From: Nitrospirota bacterium
GTDB lineage: Bacteria > Nitrospirota > UBA9217
Reading direction: 5' to 3'
Assembly: GCA_963663225.1 (NCBI GenBank)
Contig: OY760142.1
Location: 1,824,001 to 1,888,000, forward strand
DNA: 64,000 nucleotides
The notes under the pieces are model-generated. The model ran no database searches and was not told where the DNA came from. It worked only from the letters and a program-made list of their open reading frames with translations. This document shows, one piece after another, positions 20,446-31,196 of this stretch. A program made the position numbers and the translations under genes. The first letter of the stretch is position 1; each line of letters opens with the position of its first letter.

Positions 20446-22641
20446 TTATCCCAGTACGCTGCCGACCAGCTCTTTTTCAACAAGAGCCAGGGCCTCTTCA
20501 GCCGGCACCGGTTTTGAAGACAGGTATCCCTGCCAGTATTCACATTGCAGAGAGGCTATCTGGTCCAGCTGGGTTTTTGTTTCAATGCCCTCTGCGACGA
20601 CCTGTACCTGCATATCTTTGGCAAGCAGCATGATTGTTTTTACAATCCCCTGGCTTTCTCCGCGGTTGTCCAGTCGCTTGATGAAGGAGCGGTCTATTTT
20701 AAATCCGTTGATCGGCAGACTGTGAAGGTAGCTGAGCGATGAATATCCCGTTCCGAAATCATCAATATAAAGCTGTACGCCAAGTCCCCGCAAGGCATGA
20801 AGCCTGCCCACGATTGTTTCGGGATCTTTTATGATGACATTTTCCGTTATCTCCAGCTTCAGATGCCCGGGCTTGATTCGGGTTTCCCGCAGAACTTTTT
20901 CGACATAATTGACCAGATCGAGTCGGGCCAGCTGCCTGTTGGAAATGTTAACGCTGATGAAATGAAGTGCATCTGGCGGCAGCTGTTGCTGCCAGGCATG
21001 CAATTGGCGGCATGCCTCCCTCAGGACCAGGCGATCTATGGTAACGATGAAGCCCGTTTCTTCTGCGATCGGGATGAAATCCGCGGGGCTGACCATGCCC
21101 CGTTTGGGATGTTGCCAGCGCACCAAGGCTTCAAATCCCACAATGCGGCTGGAAGTGGATGAAACGACAGGCTGATAATAAACGATCAGTTCCCCGCGCT
21201 CGACGGCCTTCCGCAGGTCGGTTTCAAGGTGCATGCGTTCGACTGCGTGGGTGTGCATACCGGCTTCGAATACGACATGTTTTCCCTTGCTGCTTGTTTT
21301 TGCACGATACATGGCGGTATCCGCGTCGCGCAGCATGTGATTGGGGTCGTCGCCGCTCCCGGTATTGAAGGCGATGCCAATGCTTCCGGTAACAAATATT
21401 TCCTGCCCTTTTATAACGAAGGGAGTGGCAACTTCTGTCCCGATGCGCTCTGCAATGGCGATCGCATTTGACTGCGCTTCGATATCTTCGAGAAGAATTG
21501 CAAACTCGTCGCCGCCGAAGCGGGCTACGGTATCCTGCGGCCGGACGCATCGTTCAAGACGTTGTGCAAAAGAAATCAGCAATTGATCCCCTGCATCGTG
21601 GCCGAGGCTGTCGTTGATTATTTTGAAACGGTCCACGTCCAGAAAGAGTACTGCGTAGATGTAATCTGCCCGGCGTTTTGAAATGGTATTGGCATGCCTG
21701 ATCCGGTCCATGAACAAGACCCTGTTCGCGAGACCGGTCAATGAGTCGAAATGGATCTGCGCTTCAGCCGACTTGCGGGCGCTGATCTCGCGCGTCAGTT
21801 TGTCGTTTGCTGCGGACAGTTCTCTTGTTTGTTCTTCGAGTTTGCTGTAATAATCATGCAAGTGGCTTCTCATATATTCAAATGATTGCGCCAGATCAGC
21901 AACTTCATCATTCGTGCGTATTTCGATGGGTGAGTTGTATTTCCCTTCTGTCATGTCGATGGCGGCATTTGTTAAGCGCTCGAGCGGAGAGGTTATTCTT
22001 CTGGAGAGAATGACGATGAGGATGATGCCGAGCAGAACCAGAAAAGTGGTAAATGCGATAGTAGAAACAAGCAGATTGCGAATGCGGTTCTGGAGATCCG
22101 ACTGGGTCAAACCCAGCCGGACATATCCGATGATTTTATGCTGCTGTTTTGCAGGCTTCATTTTTACTGCTGCCTGTGCTGTATCGTCCTGTTCGCCGCT
22201 TGATACCGGATAGAGGATGTCGAAATATTGAGCGCCGGTATTTTTGTCGATCAGATCCTGATGATGAACCTGCACATCGTTTTCGGCGGGAACGAAGGCT
22301 TCCTCAGGGACAACTGTTCCATGCTTAAATACATGCGTGGCGATTACCGAGTGGTTCCGGTTCATAACGGATGCGTAGATAATGTCAGGGTCAGAAGACA
22401 GTTTTTTCAGAACGGAGAGCAGTAATTCGCGGCTTTCCGTGTAAATGCCGAATTCGCAGTTTTTGGCAGTGGCGCTCGCGATCGTGCTGCCGTGAGTCAA
22501 CAGGGTGCTCCGGGAATGCAGGAGCTCCATGTACAGCATGAATACGCAGATGCCTATGGAGGTGACCAGTATTAATGCGATGGTAATAAAGTTGAATTTT
22601 GCGGCAAGAGTAAACCGTTTTTTTGAAATGTGCATGCCCAT
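20446..22641 (-). CDS. Membrane HAMP-GGDEF-EAL c-di-GMP enzyme with intact GGDEF
   Basis: Two TMs, HAMP, RPQD I-site, RFGGDEF, FEALVRW, DDFGTGYSS, AEGIE. Confidence 0.93.
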   Translation of the reverse strand: MGMHISKKRFTLAAKFNFITIALILVTSIGICVFMLYMELLHSRSTLLTHGSTIASATAKNCEFGIYTESRELLLSVLKKLSSDPDIIYASVMNRNHSVIATHVFKHGTVVPEEAFVPAENDVQVHHQDLIDKNTGAQYFDILYPVSSGEQDDTAQAAVKMKPAKQQHKIIGYVRLGLTQSDLQNRIRNLLVSTIAFTTFLVLLGIILIVILSRRITSPLERLTNAAIDMTEGKYNSPIEIRTNDEVADLAQSFEYMRSHLHDYYSKLEEQTRELSAANDKLTREISARKSAEAQIHFDSLTGLANRVLFMDRIRHANTISKRRADYIYAVLFLDVDRFKIINDSLGHDAGDQLLISFAQRLERCVRPQDTVARFGGDEFAILLEDIEAQSNAIAIAERIGTEVATPFVIKGQEIFVTGSIGIAFNTGSGDDPNHMLRDADTAMYRAKTSSKGKHVVFEAGMHTHAVERMHLETDLRKAVERGELIVYYQPVVSSTSSRIVGFEALVRWQHPKRGMVSPADFIPIAEETGFIVTIDRLVLREACRQLHAWQQQLPPDALHFISVNISNRQLARLDLVNYVEKVLRETRIKPGHLKLEITENVIIKDPETIVGRLHALRGLGVQLYIDDFGTGYSSLSYLHSLPINGFKIDRSFIKRLDNRGESQGIVKTIMLLAKDMQVQVVAEGIETKTQLDQIASLQCEYWQGYLSSKPVPAEEALALVEKELVGSVLG

Positions 22642-22649
22642 ATGTTACC

Positions 22650-23618
22650 TCAGTAGAGTCTTCGAGCTTTTTTGGTAATTGCTTCGGGGAGCTCGACTTT
22701 CAAATGTTCGGCGGTATTCATGTTTATGGAATAGAGCACCGTTCGCGGCGGAGCCGGCGGAATATTCTCCGGCCGTGCGCCGTTGAGTATCTGAAGGGCC
22801 ATTTCTCCGCATTGTGCGCCCAGATCCCGGTAATTCCATTCGAGTGCGGAGAATGCGCCTGCTTTCACCCATGCGGGTGAAGGGCCGACAAAAGGAATGT
22901 CGTTCTGAAACGCAAACAAAAGAACGTGCTGGGCAATCTGCGGAGACAAGGCAATCCGGTCTGCCAGGCCCCAGAGCACGTCAGCGTTTTTTGATATGGA
23001 TTGGAGCGCTGCTGGTATGTCTTGCAGCGCATGCACGGGGACTGCGTGAAGGCGCACGCCCCGGCTGTATGCTATCTGTTTTGCATCCTCTATCCGCTGT
23101 TTATTCTCGGCGGGATTATAGATGACGGCTATCGTTTTTGCTTCGGGAAAGAATCGGATGATCCAGCCGAGCTGGATTTCCAGAGGAAATTCAAGCCATA
23201 CTCCCGTGGCATTCGGCATCCGGGAGAAATTATCCTGCCGCAAAACCATGCACGCAACATGTGGCATGTCAACCGCATTTTCGGCCACTGTTTCTGCACC
23301 GGCTGAACCCAGCGTCAGAACCAGCCGAAAACCACCCTGGCTGATTTTGTCCATAAATTGTTCACGCTGGGTCGGAGAGGTCTTGTGTGGAAGAAGGAAG
23401 ATCTCATATTCAACATCACTGTTCTCCTCTTCAAGATATTTCTGGAACCCTGCGAGCCCCTCTTTAAAAGAAGGTTCTGAAGACGTGATGACCACCGCGA
23501 TTCTCATTGCGGCTTCCGAGCCGGACAACAGAACAAACAGCACGGCAGTCGTGGTTGCGACGACCGTCAGAAATATTTTAAAGGACATTTTGCCCATATG
23601 ATTTTTTTTAAAACGCAT
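22650..23618 (-). CDS. ABC-type substrate-binding protein (ABC_sub_bind-like), no permease nearby
   Basis: Signal sequence; TGV, IAVIYNPAE, VKAGA, LGAQCGEMA.QILNG..P..IP, INMNTA. Confidence 0.82.
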   Translation of the reverse strand: MRFKKNHMGKMSFKIFLTVVATTTAVLFVLLSGSEAAMRIAVVITSSEPSFKEGLAGFQKYLEEENSDVEYEIFLLPHKTSPTQREQFMDKISQGGFRLVLTLGSAGAETVAENAVDMPHVACMVLRQDNFSRMPNATGVWLEFPLEIQLGWIIRFFPEAKTIAVIYNPAENKQRIEDAKQIAYSRGVRLHAVPVHALQDIPAALQSISKNADVLWGLADRIALSPQIAQHVLLFAFQNDIPFVGPSPAWVKAGAFSALEWNYRDLGAQCGEMALQILNGARPENIPPAPPRTVLYSINMNTAEHLKVELPEAITKKARRLY

Positions 23619-25623
23619 ACGTCATCTTCAGCCTGAAACTCCTGCCGTCCTGCATGATGGCGTGCTGCACAAAGTCTGTTGAAACCGGATCGCTGTATCT
23701 GGTATCAAAGAGATTGTAAACACTTGCGGACAGTTCTAGCCCTTTAAGAAACTGCCGGCTGTACACGGTGATGTTGGTAACGTAAAAATCCCGGGTATAA
23801 TCGCCGAATTCCGTCTTCCGTTTGCTGGTGTACCGTTGTTCTATGCCGGCAAAAAGCTTGTTCCGTACAATCGGAACAACGACGTTCAGCTTTGCCAGAT
23901 GTTCAGGCGAGTTGGAAAGGACCTCGTTTGTCCGGGCGTTCGTCGCCTTCTGGATCGTATAATTGATTCTTCCTTCAATGCCGTTTTCCCATTTGTTTTC
24001 CAGCTCGAATTCAGCGCCGAAGGAGCGCGCCTTGTCAAAGTTCTGGAATACTGCCTTGCCGGTCCCGTCATCAACCTGGTTGATGAGATCCTGTATGTTG
24101 TAATAAAAACCGGATACCGTTGCGCGGAAGCCCTCTCCGAGATATTGTTCGAAAACCAGTTCGCATGTCTGCATTTTTTCAGGCTTCAGTTCAGGATTGG
24201 GCACGTTTGTTGAGCTTGCATAGTACAATTCGAACGGTGTTGGTGCCCGAAACGCGGTGCCGAACAGCAGCTTGACGATGCTTTTCGGCAGAGGCGTGTA
24301 CAGCAGGGCCAGCCTCGGATTGATCGTATCTCCGAAGGTGCTGTAATTGTCATATCGCACGCCGGCGGTTACAGTCAGCAGATTTCTTGCAATGATGAAT
24401 TCATCCTGAAGATAGGCTGCCAATACCCGCGAACTTCGCTTGTCGTCCAGCCAGAGATAATAGGGGTTCACATCGTAGGTCGTCTGGTTCTGCTGCACGT
24501 TGTCCGTATACTCGCCCCCCGCGATGATCCGATGATTATCAAAGAAGCGGGAATTGAACTTGATTTCACCGCCCCAGGAGTGGCTGTAAGCCTGGTCCTT
24601 GTTTTGAACTCCTGCGCTGATGTAGCTCCCGTTGTAGTCGTAATAATCGTAATACAGCCTGGCGGTGATGTCCGTTCGCGGCCCCAGAGCGCGTTCATAC
24701 CGCAGATCAAGATACGCGTAATCATCGGTCGCTTTGTTCCCCGGATCGCTGAAATCCGTATTGAATGCACCGGTAGGAATGCCCTTGGTCCTTGATGAAT
24801 AGGCGCCGGACAGCGTAAAATCTTGAAAAGCTATTTTTGAAAAGAAACTGCGGGAGCGGTCATAATCCGTATTGCTCGAATACCCGCCGTTTGCTGCCCG
24901 AGGGTCTGCAAGCGGATTAGCAGGGTCAAACTCGTTGAAGTACAAACGCTGTCCTCTGCTGGTGTAGAAAGATCCGGAGGCGATTATCTCAAGACCGTTC
25001 TGGTAACGGCTGCCGTACGTGATGCGGCTTTTGTAGGTATCGTAACTGCCGGCCTCACCGGAGAGTTCGCCGATTTTCAATGCTTTTCCGCGCCGGGTGA
25101 TGATATTTACGACCGCGAAGACGGCGTTGCTGCCGTACAGGGACGAACCCGGGCCCCGGATGATTTCTACCTGATCGATCAGGTCCACATCAAGGATAAA
25201 ATCCGGTCCGATCGCGGCTGAACCGTAAATTGCATCATTGGTGCGGTGGCCGTCGATGAGCAGCTGGATGCGGTTGTTATAGTCGCTCGGCCGCCCGAAC
25301 CCGCGGACCCCCACGTAGGCGTAGTTGCGGTCATACGTGACATAAAAGCTTCTGACGCTGTTCAGGATGTCCGCAAGAGTCCTGTAGCCGTATTTTTTGA
25401 TATCGTCTGCCGTAACGATGCTGACGGATGAAGGGGCTTCGGTTATCTTCTGCTTGTATTTTGATGCTCCGTAGACAGAGGAAATTTCCTGGAAAAGCAC
25501 GATGTCTTCGCTGTCGGAAGCGATCGGTTCATCCACCGAGGGTTCTGCTGCCTTTGCAGACGGCGAGATGGTCAGAACAGCAAAAACAAGGAGTATGAAC
25601 AGTAACTTATTAAACGCAGACAT
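23608..25623 (-). CDS. TonB-dependent receptor (ATG at 25623 preferred over 25710)
   Basis: Signal peptide MSAFNKLL...SAKA; plug EAPSSVSIV, VEIIRGPGSSLYG; YNLFD; C-terminal YAF. Confidence 0.93.
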   Translation of the reverse strand: MSAFNKLLFILLVFAVLTISPSAKAAEPSVDEPIASDSEDIVLFQEISSVYGASKYKQKITEAPSSVSIVTADDIKKYGYRTLADILNSVRSFYVTYDRNYAYVGVRGFGRPSDYNNRIQLLIDGHRTNDAIYGSAAIGPDFILDVDLIDQVEIIRGPGSSLYGSNAVFAVVNIITRRGKALKIGELSGEAGSYDTYKSRITYGSRYQNGLEIIASGSFYTSRGQRLYFNEFDPANPLADPRAANGGYSSNTDYDRSRSFFSKIAFQDFTLSGAYSSRTKGIPTGAFNTDFSDPGNKATDDYAYLDLRYERALGPRTDITARLYYDYYDYNGSYISAGVQNKDQAYSHSWGGEIKFNSRFFDNHRIIAGGEYTDNVQQNQTTYDVNPYYLWLDDKRSSRVLAAYLQDEFIIARNLLTVTAGVRYDNYSTFGDTINPRLALLYTPLPKSIVKLLFGTAFRAPTPFELYYASSTNVPNPELKPEKMQTCELVFEQYLGEGFRATVSGFYYNIQDLINQVDDGTGKAVFQNFDKARSFGAEFELENKWENGIEGRINYTIQKATNARTNEVLSNSPEHLAKLNVVVPIVRNKLFAGIEQRYTSKRKTEFGDYTRDFYVTNITVYSRQFLKGLELSASVYNLFDTRYSDPVSTDFVQHAIMQDGRSFRLKMTYAF

Positions 25624-25788
25624 GGTTTTGTTTTTCTCCGCTATCGGTTTTTGAGTATCATAGCCAAGCAATAAAGCTCCACTGCTGTTTTTTTGTGCGG
25701 AATTTCGCACAGGGATTACGGAAAAATGCGCGCAGGACAGGACTGGCTGTCCTTGGTTTTTTCTACGGCAGATTTTTTATCTAATGAG

Positions 25789-28005
25789 CTACACTGTTTG
25801 CTGCTGTTGGGTGTTTTTTTCCAGATCTTTCACGATCAGTTTTCTGGCCTCTTCATCCGGCACCGGTTTTGAGGACAGATATCCCTGCCAGAAATCGCAC
25901 TGTAAGGAACTGATCTGGGCCAGCTGATTCCCCGTTTCAACACCCTCAGCGACAACCTCCACGCGCATGTCTTTGGCAAGCAGCGTGATTGTTTTCACGA
26001 TTTCCTGGTTTTCACCGTTTTTCCCGAGCCGCTTGATGAAGGATCGGTCGATTTTGAAGCCGTTTATCGGCAGACGGTGAAGATAGCTGAGTGATGAATA
26101 TCCCGTTCCGAAATCATCGATGTACAGTTGGACGCCGAGCGTTCGCAGCCGGTGCAGTCTGTCCAGAATGGATTCAGAGTTCTTTATGATGACGTTTTCC
26201 GTGATCTCGAGTTTTAGATATTCGGGTTTGAGGCCGGTCGTCTCCAGGATCCGCTCGACCTGGCTGACCATGTCGGGCTGCGCCATGTGCTCGTTCGAAA
26301 CATTCACGCTGATGAATTGAATCGGGTTGTCCGGCATGCTCAGCTGCCACTCCCGCATCTGGGCACAGGCTGTTTTGAGCACCATGCGGTCGATGGAGAC
26401 GATAAAGCCGGTTTCCTCCGCGATCGGAATAAAATCAGCGGGACTGACCATGCCGCGCTCCGGGTGCTGCCAGCGCACCAATGCTTCAAAACCCACAATC
26501 TGGCCTGTTTGCGAGGATACAATGGGCTGGTAATACACCAGAAATTCCTTGCGTTCCAGGGCAGTGCGGAGATCTGTTTCCAGTTTCATGCGCTCGACTG
26601 CGTGAGCGTGCATGCCGGTTTCGAACACCACATATTTCGTTCCGGTGTTCTGTTTCGCCCGGTACATGGCGACCTCCGCGTCCCGCAGAACCTGATCCGG
26701 ATGTTCGTCCCCCCCGCTGCCGAAGGCGATTCCGATGCTCGCCGTGACGAAAAGCTCGCGGCTGCTCAGGGTCAGGGGCGTTGCGAAATCGGAGCAGATC
26801 CTCTCCGTGATGTAGGTGGCATTCGAAGGAGTTCTGATGTCTTCGAGCAGGACGGCAAACGCGTCTCCGCCGAAGCGCGCGATCGTATCATGAGGCCGCA
26901 GCAATGCCCGGACTCGTTGGCCAAAGGCCCGAAGGAGTTCGTCGCCGACCGTGTGTCCGACACTGTCATTGATGACTTTAAAACGGTCAATGTCCATGAA
27001 CAGCACACCGTAATTATAGTCTTTGCGCCGTTTGGAAAGCATGATCGCGTGTGACAAACGGTCCGTGAGCAAAGCCCTGTTCGGAAGACCGGTGACGGCG
27101 TCATGGAATGCGTCATGCAGGATCTGCTGTTCAGCCATTTTGCGCGCGTTGATTTCCTGGACCAGATTGCTGTTTGACGCTGCCATCTCGCTTGTTTGCT
27201 TTTCGACCAGTTCCCGGTAGGCGCGAAACCGTTCCTGCATATGGTTGAATGATGCAGTAAGGTCGGCAAGTTCGTCATGGGTGCCGGCTTCCAGAGGGGC
27301 ATCAAATTTTCCTTCAGCAATGTCCTGCGACGCTTTCGTAAGACGTTTGAGTGGAGACACCAGCCTGCGCGAAAGCAGGATGGCTACGCCTGTTCCTACA
27401 AGCAGAAGGCAGGCAGTGAACAGCGTAATAGAGAGTATTTTCTGCCGGATGCTGTTTAATACGGCTTCCTGGGTCAGCCCCAATTGCAGGTAACCGATAA
27501 CTTCCGATCCGTTCGCGACGGTTTTCTGAACATGAAATGTGCTTTTGTCGGCTTCGCGCAAAATGGGATGAATAATCTCGACATATCGATGTCCTTTTTC
27601 ATCAACTACATCTCGATGGAACGGCTTGATAATAGAGGTGTTGTCGTTTGGAACGGAATATGCCTGAAGTTCGCGGAGACCATTAATAAAGACCTGGGAA
27701 ACAAGCACGGAGGATTGCCGGTCAATGACTGATACATATGCTATTTCATCGTCCTGGGACAGGTGTTCCAGAATATTGTGCAACCGTGCTTTATTTGCCG
27801 GGTGTGTTGCCGGTGCGCATCTGCTGGCAGTAATGGCGGCATGGGCCACTCCGCGTTTAATAAGATCTTCATAGTGTTCTTTCGCTTCGATCCGCACGAT
27901 AAAAAAACAAATCCCGAGAGAAGTGACCAGTGTTAATACAATGGCTCCCAGACTAAATTTTGCGGCGAGACTGAAACGTTTTGCAAAAGGCCGGATGATA
28001 CTCAT
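25789..28005 (-). CDS. Membrane HAMP-GGDEF-EAL protein with degenerate GGDAF, likely phosphodiesterase
   Basis: Paralog of 20446-22641; RPHD, RFGGDAF, FEALVRW, DDFGTGYSS. Confidence 0.92.
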   Translation of the reverse strand: MSIIRPFAKRFSLAAKFSLGAIVLTLVTSLGICFFIVRIEAKEHYEDLIKRGVAHAAITASRCAPATHPANKARLHNILEHLSQDDEIAYVSVIDRQSSVLVSQVFINGLRELQAYSVPNDNTSIIKPFHRDVVDEKGHRYVEIIHPILREADKSTFHVQKTVANGSEVIGYLQLGLTQEAVLNSIRQKILSITLFTACLLLVGTGVAILLSRRLVSPLKRLTKASQDIAEGKFDAPLEAGTHDELADLTASFNHMQERFRAYRELVEKQTSEMAASNSNLVQEINARKMAEQQILHDAFHDAVTGLPNRALLTDRLSHAIMLSKRRKDYNYGVLFMDIDRFKVINDSVGHTVGDELLRAFGQRVRALLRPHDTIARFGGDAFAVLLEDIRTPSNATYITERICSDFATPLTLSSRELFVTASIGIAFGSGGDEHPDQVLRDAEVAMYRAKQNTGTKYVVFETGMHAHAVERMKLETDLRTALERKEFLVYYQPIVSSQTGQIVGFEALVRWQHPERGMVSPADFIPIAEETGFIVSIDRMVLKTACAQMREWQLSMPDNPIQFISVNVSNEHMAQPDMVSQVERILETTGLKPEYLKLEITENVIIKNSESILDRLHRLRTLGVQLYIDDFGTGYSSLSYLHRLPINGFKIDRSFIKRLGKNGENQEIVKTITLLAKDMRVEVVAEGVETGNQLAQISSLQCDFWQGYLSSKPVPDEEARKLIVKDLEKNTQQQQTV

Positions 28006-28164
28006 GAATCACCTCAGAGACATCGTTTTCTTTCGGTTCATTGCTCCGAAAAAACGGGTATTCTTTATTGCCCTACACCATAAGAACAGCAACTGCGGTT
28101 CACAAAACGATGCAGAATATTAATTATTGTTTAGAAACAAGGACAGAACTATCCTTGATCGATC

Positions 28165-28191
28165 TTATCGGATTATCTAGTAAAAACTTTA
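28165..28191 (-). promoter_or_regulatory. Sigma28 (FliA-type) promoter
   Basis: Minus strand reads TAAA-GTTTTTACTAGATAA (15 nt)-TCCGATAA, against consensus TAAA-N15-GCCGATAA. Confidence 0.75.
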
Positions 28192-28340
28192 AAAAAATAT
28201 TTTTTTGTTCTTGATGATTTTTTATTATTTATCAATAGGCTGGACAATAAATAGTTTTTGAAAACGACAGGTTCCATGGTAATATCCGGGGGAAATTGAG
28301 AAAGATCGATTATAGCCTTAATCGGTGAAGGAGAAAAGGC

Positions 28341-28751
28341 ATGCCTATAGAATGGACACCGGACCTTGCGACCGGTACTAAAAAAATTGATGAGCAGCAC
28401 GTGGAATTGTTCAGACGCGTTGATACCCTGATTGGCGCGTGGAAAAACGGCAAGGCCGGTCCGGAAATTGACAAGCTTATTCAGTTTCTCGGGGATTATG
28501 TTGTCGAACATTTCGGGACGGAAGAAAAATTCATGGAACAGTACCAATACGGCAGTGCGGCCGTTCAGCACAAGGCGCAGCATGAGGTGTTCATCAACTT
28601 GTTTGGAAAGTTGAAGGAACGCTATATGAAGGAGGGCCCCACTCCTGCCTTTGTTGACGACACCAAAGATGTCGTTGTTGACTGGCTGAAAAATCACATT
28701 AAGTATTCAGACAAGGCACTCGGCCTGTTTCTGAAAATGAAAATGCGATAG
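28341..28751 (+). CDS. Bacteriohemerythrin
   Basis: IDEQH, HFGTEEKFM, HKAQH and WLKNHI..D iron-ligand pattern. Confidence 0.92.
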   Translation: MPIEWTPDLATGTKKIDEQHVELFRRVDTLIGAWKNGKAGPEIDKLIQFLGDYVVEHFGTEEKFMEQYQYGSAAVQHKAQHEVFINLFGKLKERYMKEGPTPAFVDDTKDVVVDWLKNHIKYSDKALGLFLKMKMR

Positions 28752-28858
28752 AAACGGACGCCTGAGAAAACAGCATTGTGGCGTAAAAATTGATTGGTTT
28801 TTTCCTCAAGGAATGATACGATACCAAACTATATATTTTCAGGGGGGGGTATGAACGT

Positions 28859-30178
28859 ATGAGCGCAGCAGCACGAAAAAAGCTGTATGCCGACCGGGTG
28901 TACGAGCTGGGAACAGAGAACGCCTTTAAAATCGGACCGCATATTGCATTCCTCGAAGGAGAAGGACACAAGGTTCTTCGGCTGAATATCGGGGAACCTG
29001 ATTTTGATATTCCATCTTTTATACGGGATGAAGTAAAGCGACAGCTTGACCTCGGGAACACTCACTATTGCGACCCGAAAGGGATTCCCTCGCTGCGCAA
29101 AGCCATTGCAAATCAGATCAATGAGACCCGCGGGCTTGACGTATCGCCAGAGCAGGTCGTGGTATTTCCGGGAGGGAAGCCTTCCATCGGTTTTACACAG
29201 GAAGTTTACTGCAACCCGGGCGATGAAATAATCTACCCCAGTCCCGGCTTTCCCATTTACGAGTCGTTCCCCCGTTATTTGGGTGCGGTTCCGGTTCCTC
29301 TGCACGTCTCGGAAGAGTCGAATTTTACGTTTACCGCGGAGCATTTAGGGGATTTGATTACCGAGCGGACCAGGCTGATCATCCTGAATTTCCCGTCCAA
29401 TCCGACAGGGGGCGTTGCCACGCATGAACAGCTTGCCAGCATTGCCGAAGTCATCAAAATAAAATGCGCACCGGACGTGCGTATCTATTCGGATGAAATT
29501 TATGAAAACATAATTTTCGACGGGCACAAGCATGTTTCCATCGCGTCGATTCCCGGCATGAAAGAACGGACCATTATCAGCAGCGGGTTCTCGAAGTCGT
29601 TTGCATGGACCGGCGGGCGCATCGGCTATGCCGTTTTTCCGACTGAGGAAGAGGCGAATATATTTAAGAACATCAATATTAATTATTTTTCGTGCGTTCC
29701 GCCGTTTAACCAGGAGGGTGCGCGGATCGCCCTGGAACATCCGGACAGCAAGGCAGTCACCGCAAGCATGGTCCAGACGTTCCAGAAACGACGGGACATT
29801 ATCGTAAAACAATTGAATGAAATCGACGGCATCCGTTGCAAGACGCCGGGAGGCGCATTCTATCTCTTCCCGAATGTGGCAGGTGTCTGCGAAAACGTCG
29901 GGGCCATTGCGGCATATGACAAACTTCCTGCTGACATGAAAACCAGGACCTCGCCGTCAGGACTCTTCCAGATGTTTCTCCTGTATGCACACCATGTTGC
30001 CACAATGGACCGGAATTCCTTCGGCAGGATCGGGGCCGAGGGGCAGCATTTTCTGCGGCTGTCCTCCGCATCTGACCTGGAAGTTCTTGAAGAGGGGGTA
30101 CGGCGTCTGGCAGTTGCCTCCCGGGATCGCGACGGTTTCGAGAAGTTCATGAAGAATACCGCAAGCCGTGTATGCTGA
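28859..30178 (+). CDS. PLP-dependent aminotransferase class I/II
   Basis: IGEPDF, NFPSNPTG, SDEIY, GFSKSFAWTGGRIGY, GAFYLF. Confidence 0.92.
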   Translation: MSAAARKKLYADRVYELGTENAFKIGPHIAFLEGEGHKVLRLNIGEPDFDIPSFIRDEVKRQLDLGNTHYCDPKGIPSLRKAIANQINETRGLDVSPEQVVVFPGGKPSIGFTQEVYCNPGDEIIYPSPGFPIYESFPRYLGAVPVPLHVSEESNFTFTAEHLGDLITERTRLIILNFPSNPTGGVATHEQLASIAEVIKIKCAPDVRIYSDEIYENIIFDGHKHVSIASIPGMKERTIISSGFSKSFAWTGGRIGYAVFPTEEEANIFKNININYFSCVPPFNQEGARIALEHPDSKAVTASMVQTFQKRRDIIVKQLNEIDGIRCKTPGGAFYLFPNVAGVCENVGAIAAYDKLPADMKTRTSPSGLFQMFLLYAHHVATMDRNSFGRIGAEGQHFLRLSSASDLEVLEEGVRRLAVASRDRDGFEKFMKNTASRVC

Positions 30179-30263
30179 CCATGTCAGCATCCGGCAGGCA
30201 CGTACGCTGTGGCGCGGACCGGTTGGTTCGCGCCGTTTTTTTAACCCTCAAGAGGAGACTGTG

Positions 30264-30737
30264 ATGAAAAAAAACGGCAACAGGCTGATAATGCGTATCC
30301 TGATTGCCTCGCTTCTGGTCAGCGGATGCGCGTCCGCATCAGCGCTCAAGGATTTTACGAGCGATGGATGCAGCCTCTTTCCCGATGGAAATTTTTCAGA
30401 CCGGACCCTCTGGTGCGACTGCTGCTTTGTTCATGATATTGCGTATTGGCGCGGAGGCACTGAGCAGGAGCGAAAGCAGGCGGACCAGGCGTTCCGGCAA
30501 TGCGTGCTTGCCCGCACAAAAAGCAGAATTCTGGCAAATCTGATGTATGAGGGGGTGCGGACCGGAGGACATCCCGCATTTCCCACGTGGTATCGCTGGG
30601 GATATGGGTGGGAATATGGCAGAGGATACGAGCCGCTTACAAACTTGGAACTGCAGCAGGTGCAGAAAAAGCTTGAGGAGTATCATACCCGGCATCCATC
30701 AGGTTATTGCGGAGAAAAAAAAAGTAAAGAACAGTAA
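30264..30737 (+). CDS. Lipoprotein with a phospholipase A2-like CCxxHDxxY motif
   Basis: GAGGAG RBS before ATG 30264; lipobox VSGC; FTSDGCS...WCDCCFVHDIAYW.GG. Confidence 0.75.
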   Translation: MKKNGNRLIMRILIASLLVSGCASASALKDFTSDGCSLFPDGNFSDRTLWCDCCFVHDIAYWRGGTEQERKQADQAFRQCVLARTKSRILANLMYEGVRTGGHPAFPTWYRWGYGWEYGRGYEPLTNLELQQVQKKLEEYHTRHPSGYCGEKKSKEQ

Positions 30738-31143
30738 TGCCTGACGCAGGGACATGTCAGCTTCTCTGGTATCAGCAAACCGCTTTGCCAGGTCCTTCAT
30801 TTTTGATAGCTCCTTTCTTTGGGAATGCAAAGACACTGGAATCTTCTCGGGTGATGAGATTGGATCTTGAGACTTACCGCTCACTGTGCGGCACAAACGA
30901 GAGGAAGTTACTCCGAGAATATGCACATCGTATGGTTCCCGGAAGAAGGTCGGCACTCCGCGGCAAGCAACTGTGTGATTGCAACTCGCTTCATGCGCCT
31001 GGATATTCAAGACCCTGTTACTCCTGATAATCATTTTTATCGCATCTGTAGCGGTTTTTTTCAGCCGATTTTTTTTTACTACGGTTTTATCCTGATTTCA
31101 TGCGTCTTCGGTGGGTCTTCATTCTGAAAACCCTTGCCAAACC

Positions 31144-31196
31144 AGCCTAGATATGGTGTTTAAATATCTTGACAACACAACATATTGTGATATACT
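31144..31196 (+). promoter_or_regulatory. Tandem NrdR boxes overlapping a sigma70 promoter
   Basis: agcctagatatggtgt (31144) and acacaacatattgtga (31175), 31 bp apart; TTGACA at 31169 and TG-n-TATACT at 31191; upstream of nrdJ. Confidence 0.88.

Noticed and set aside
30737-31127. Overlapping small ORFs on both strands
   Set aside because: No motifs or consistent RBS; cannot choose a real gene
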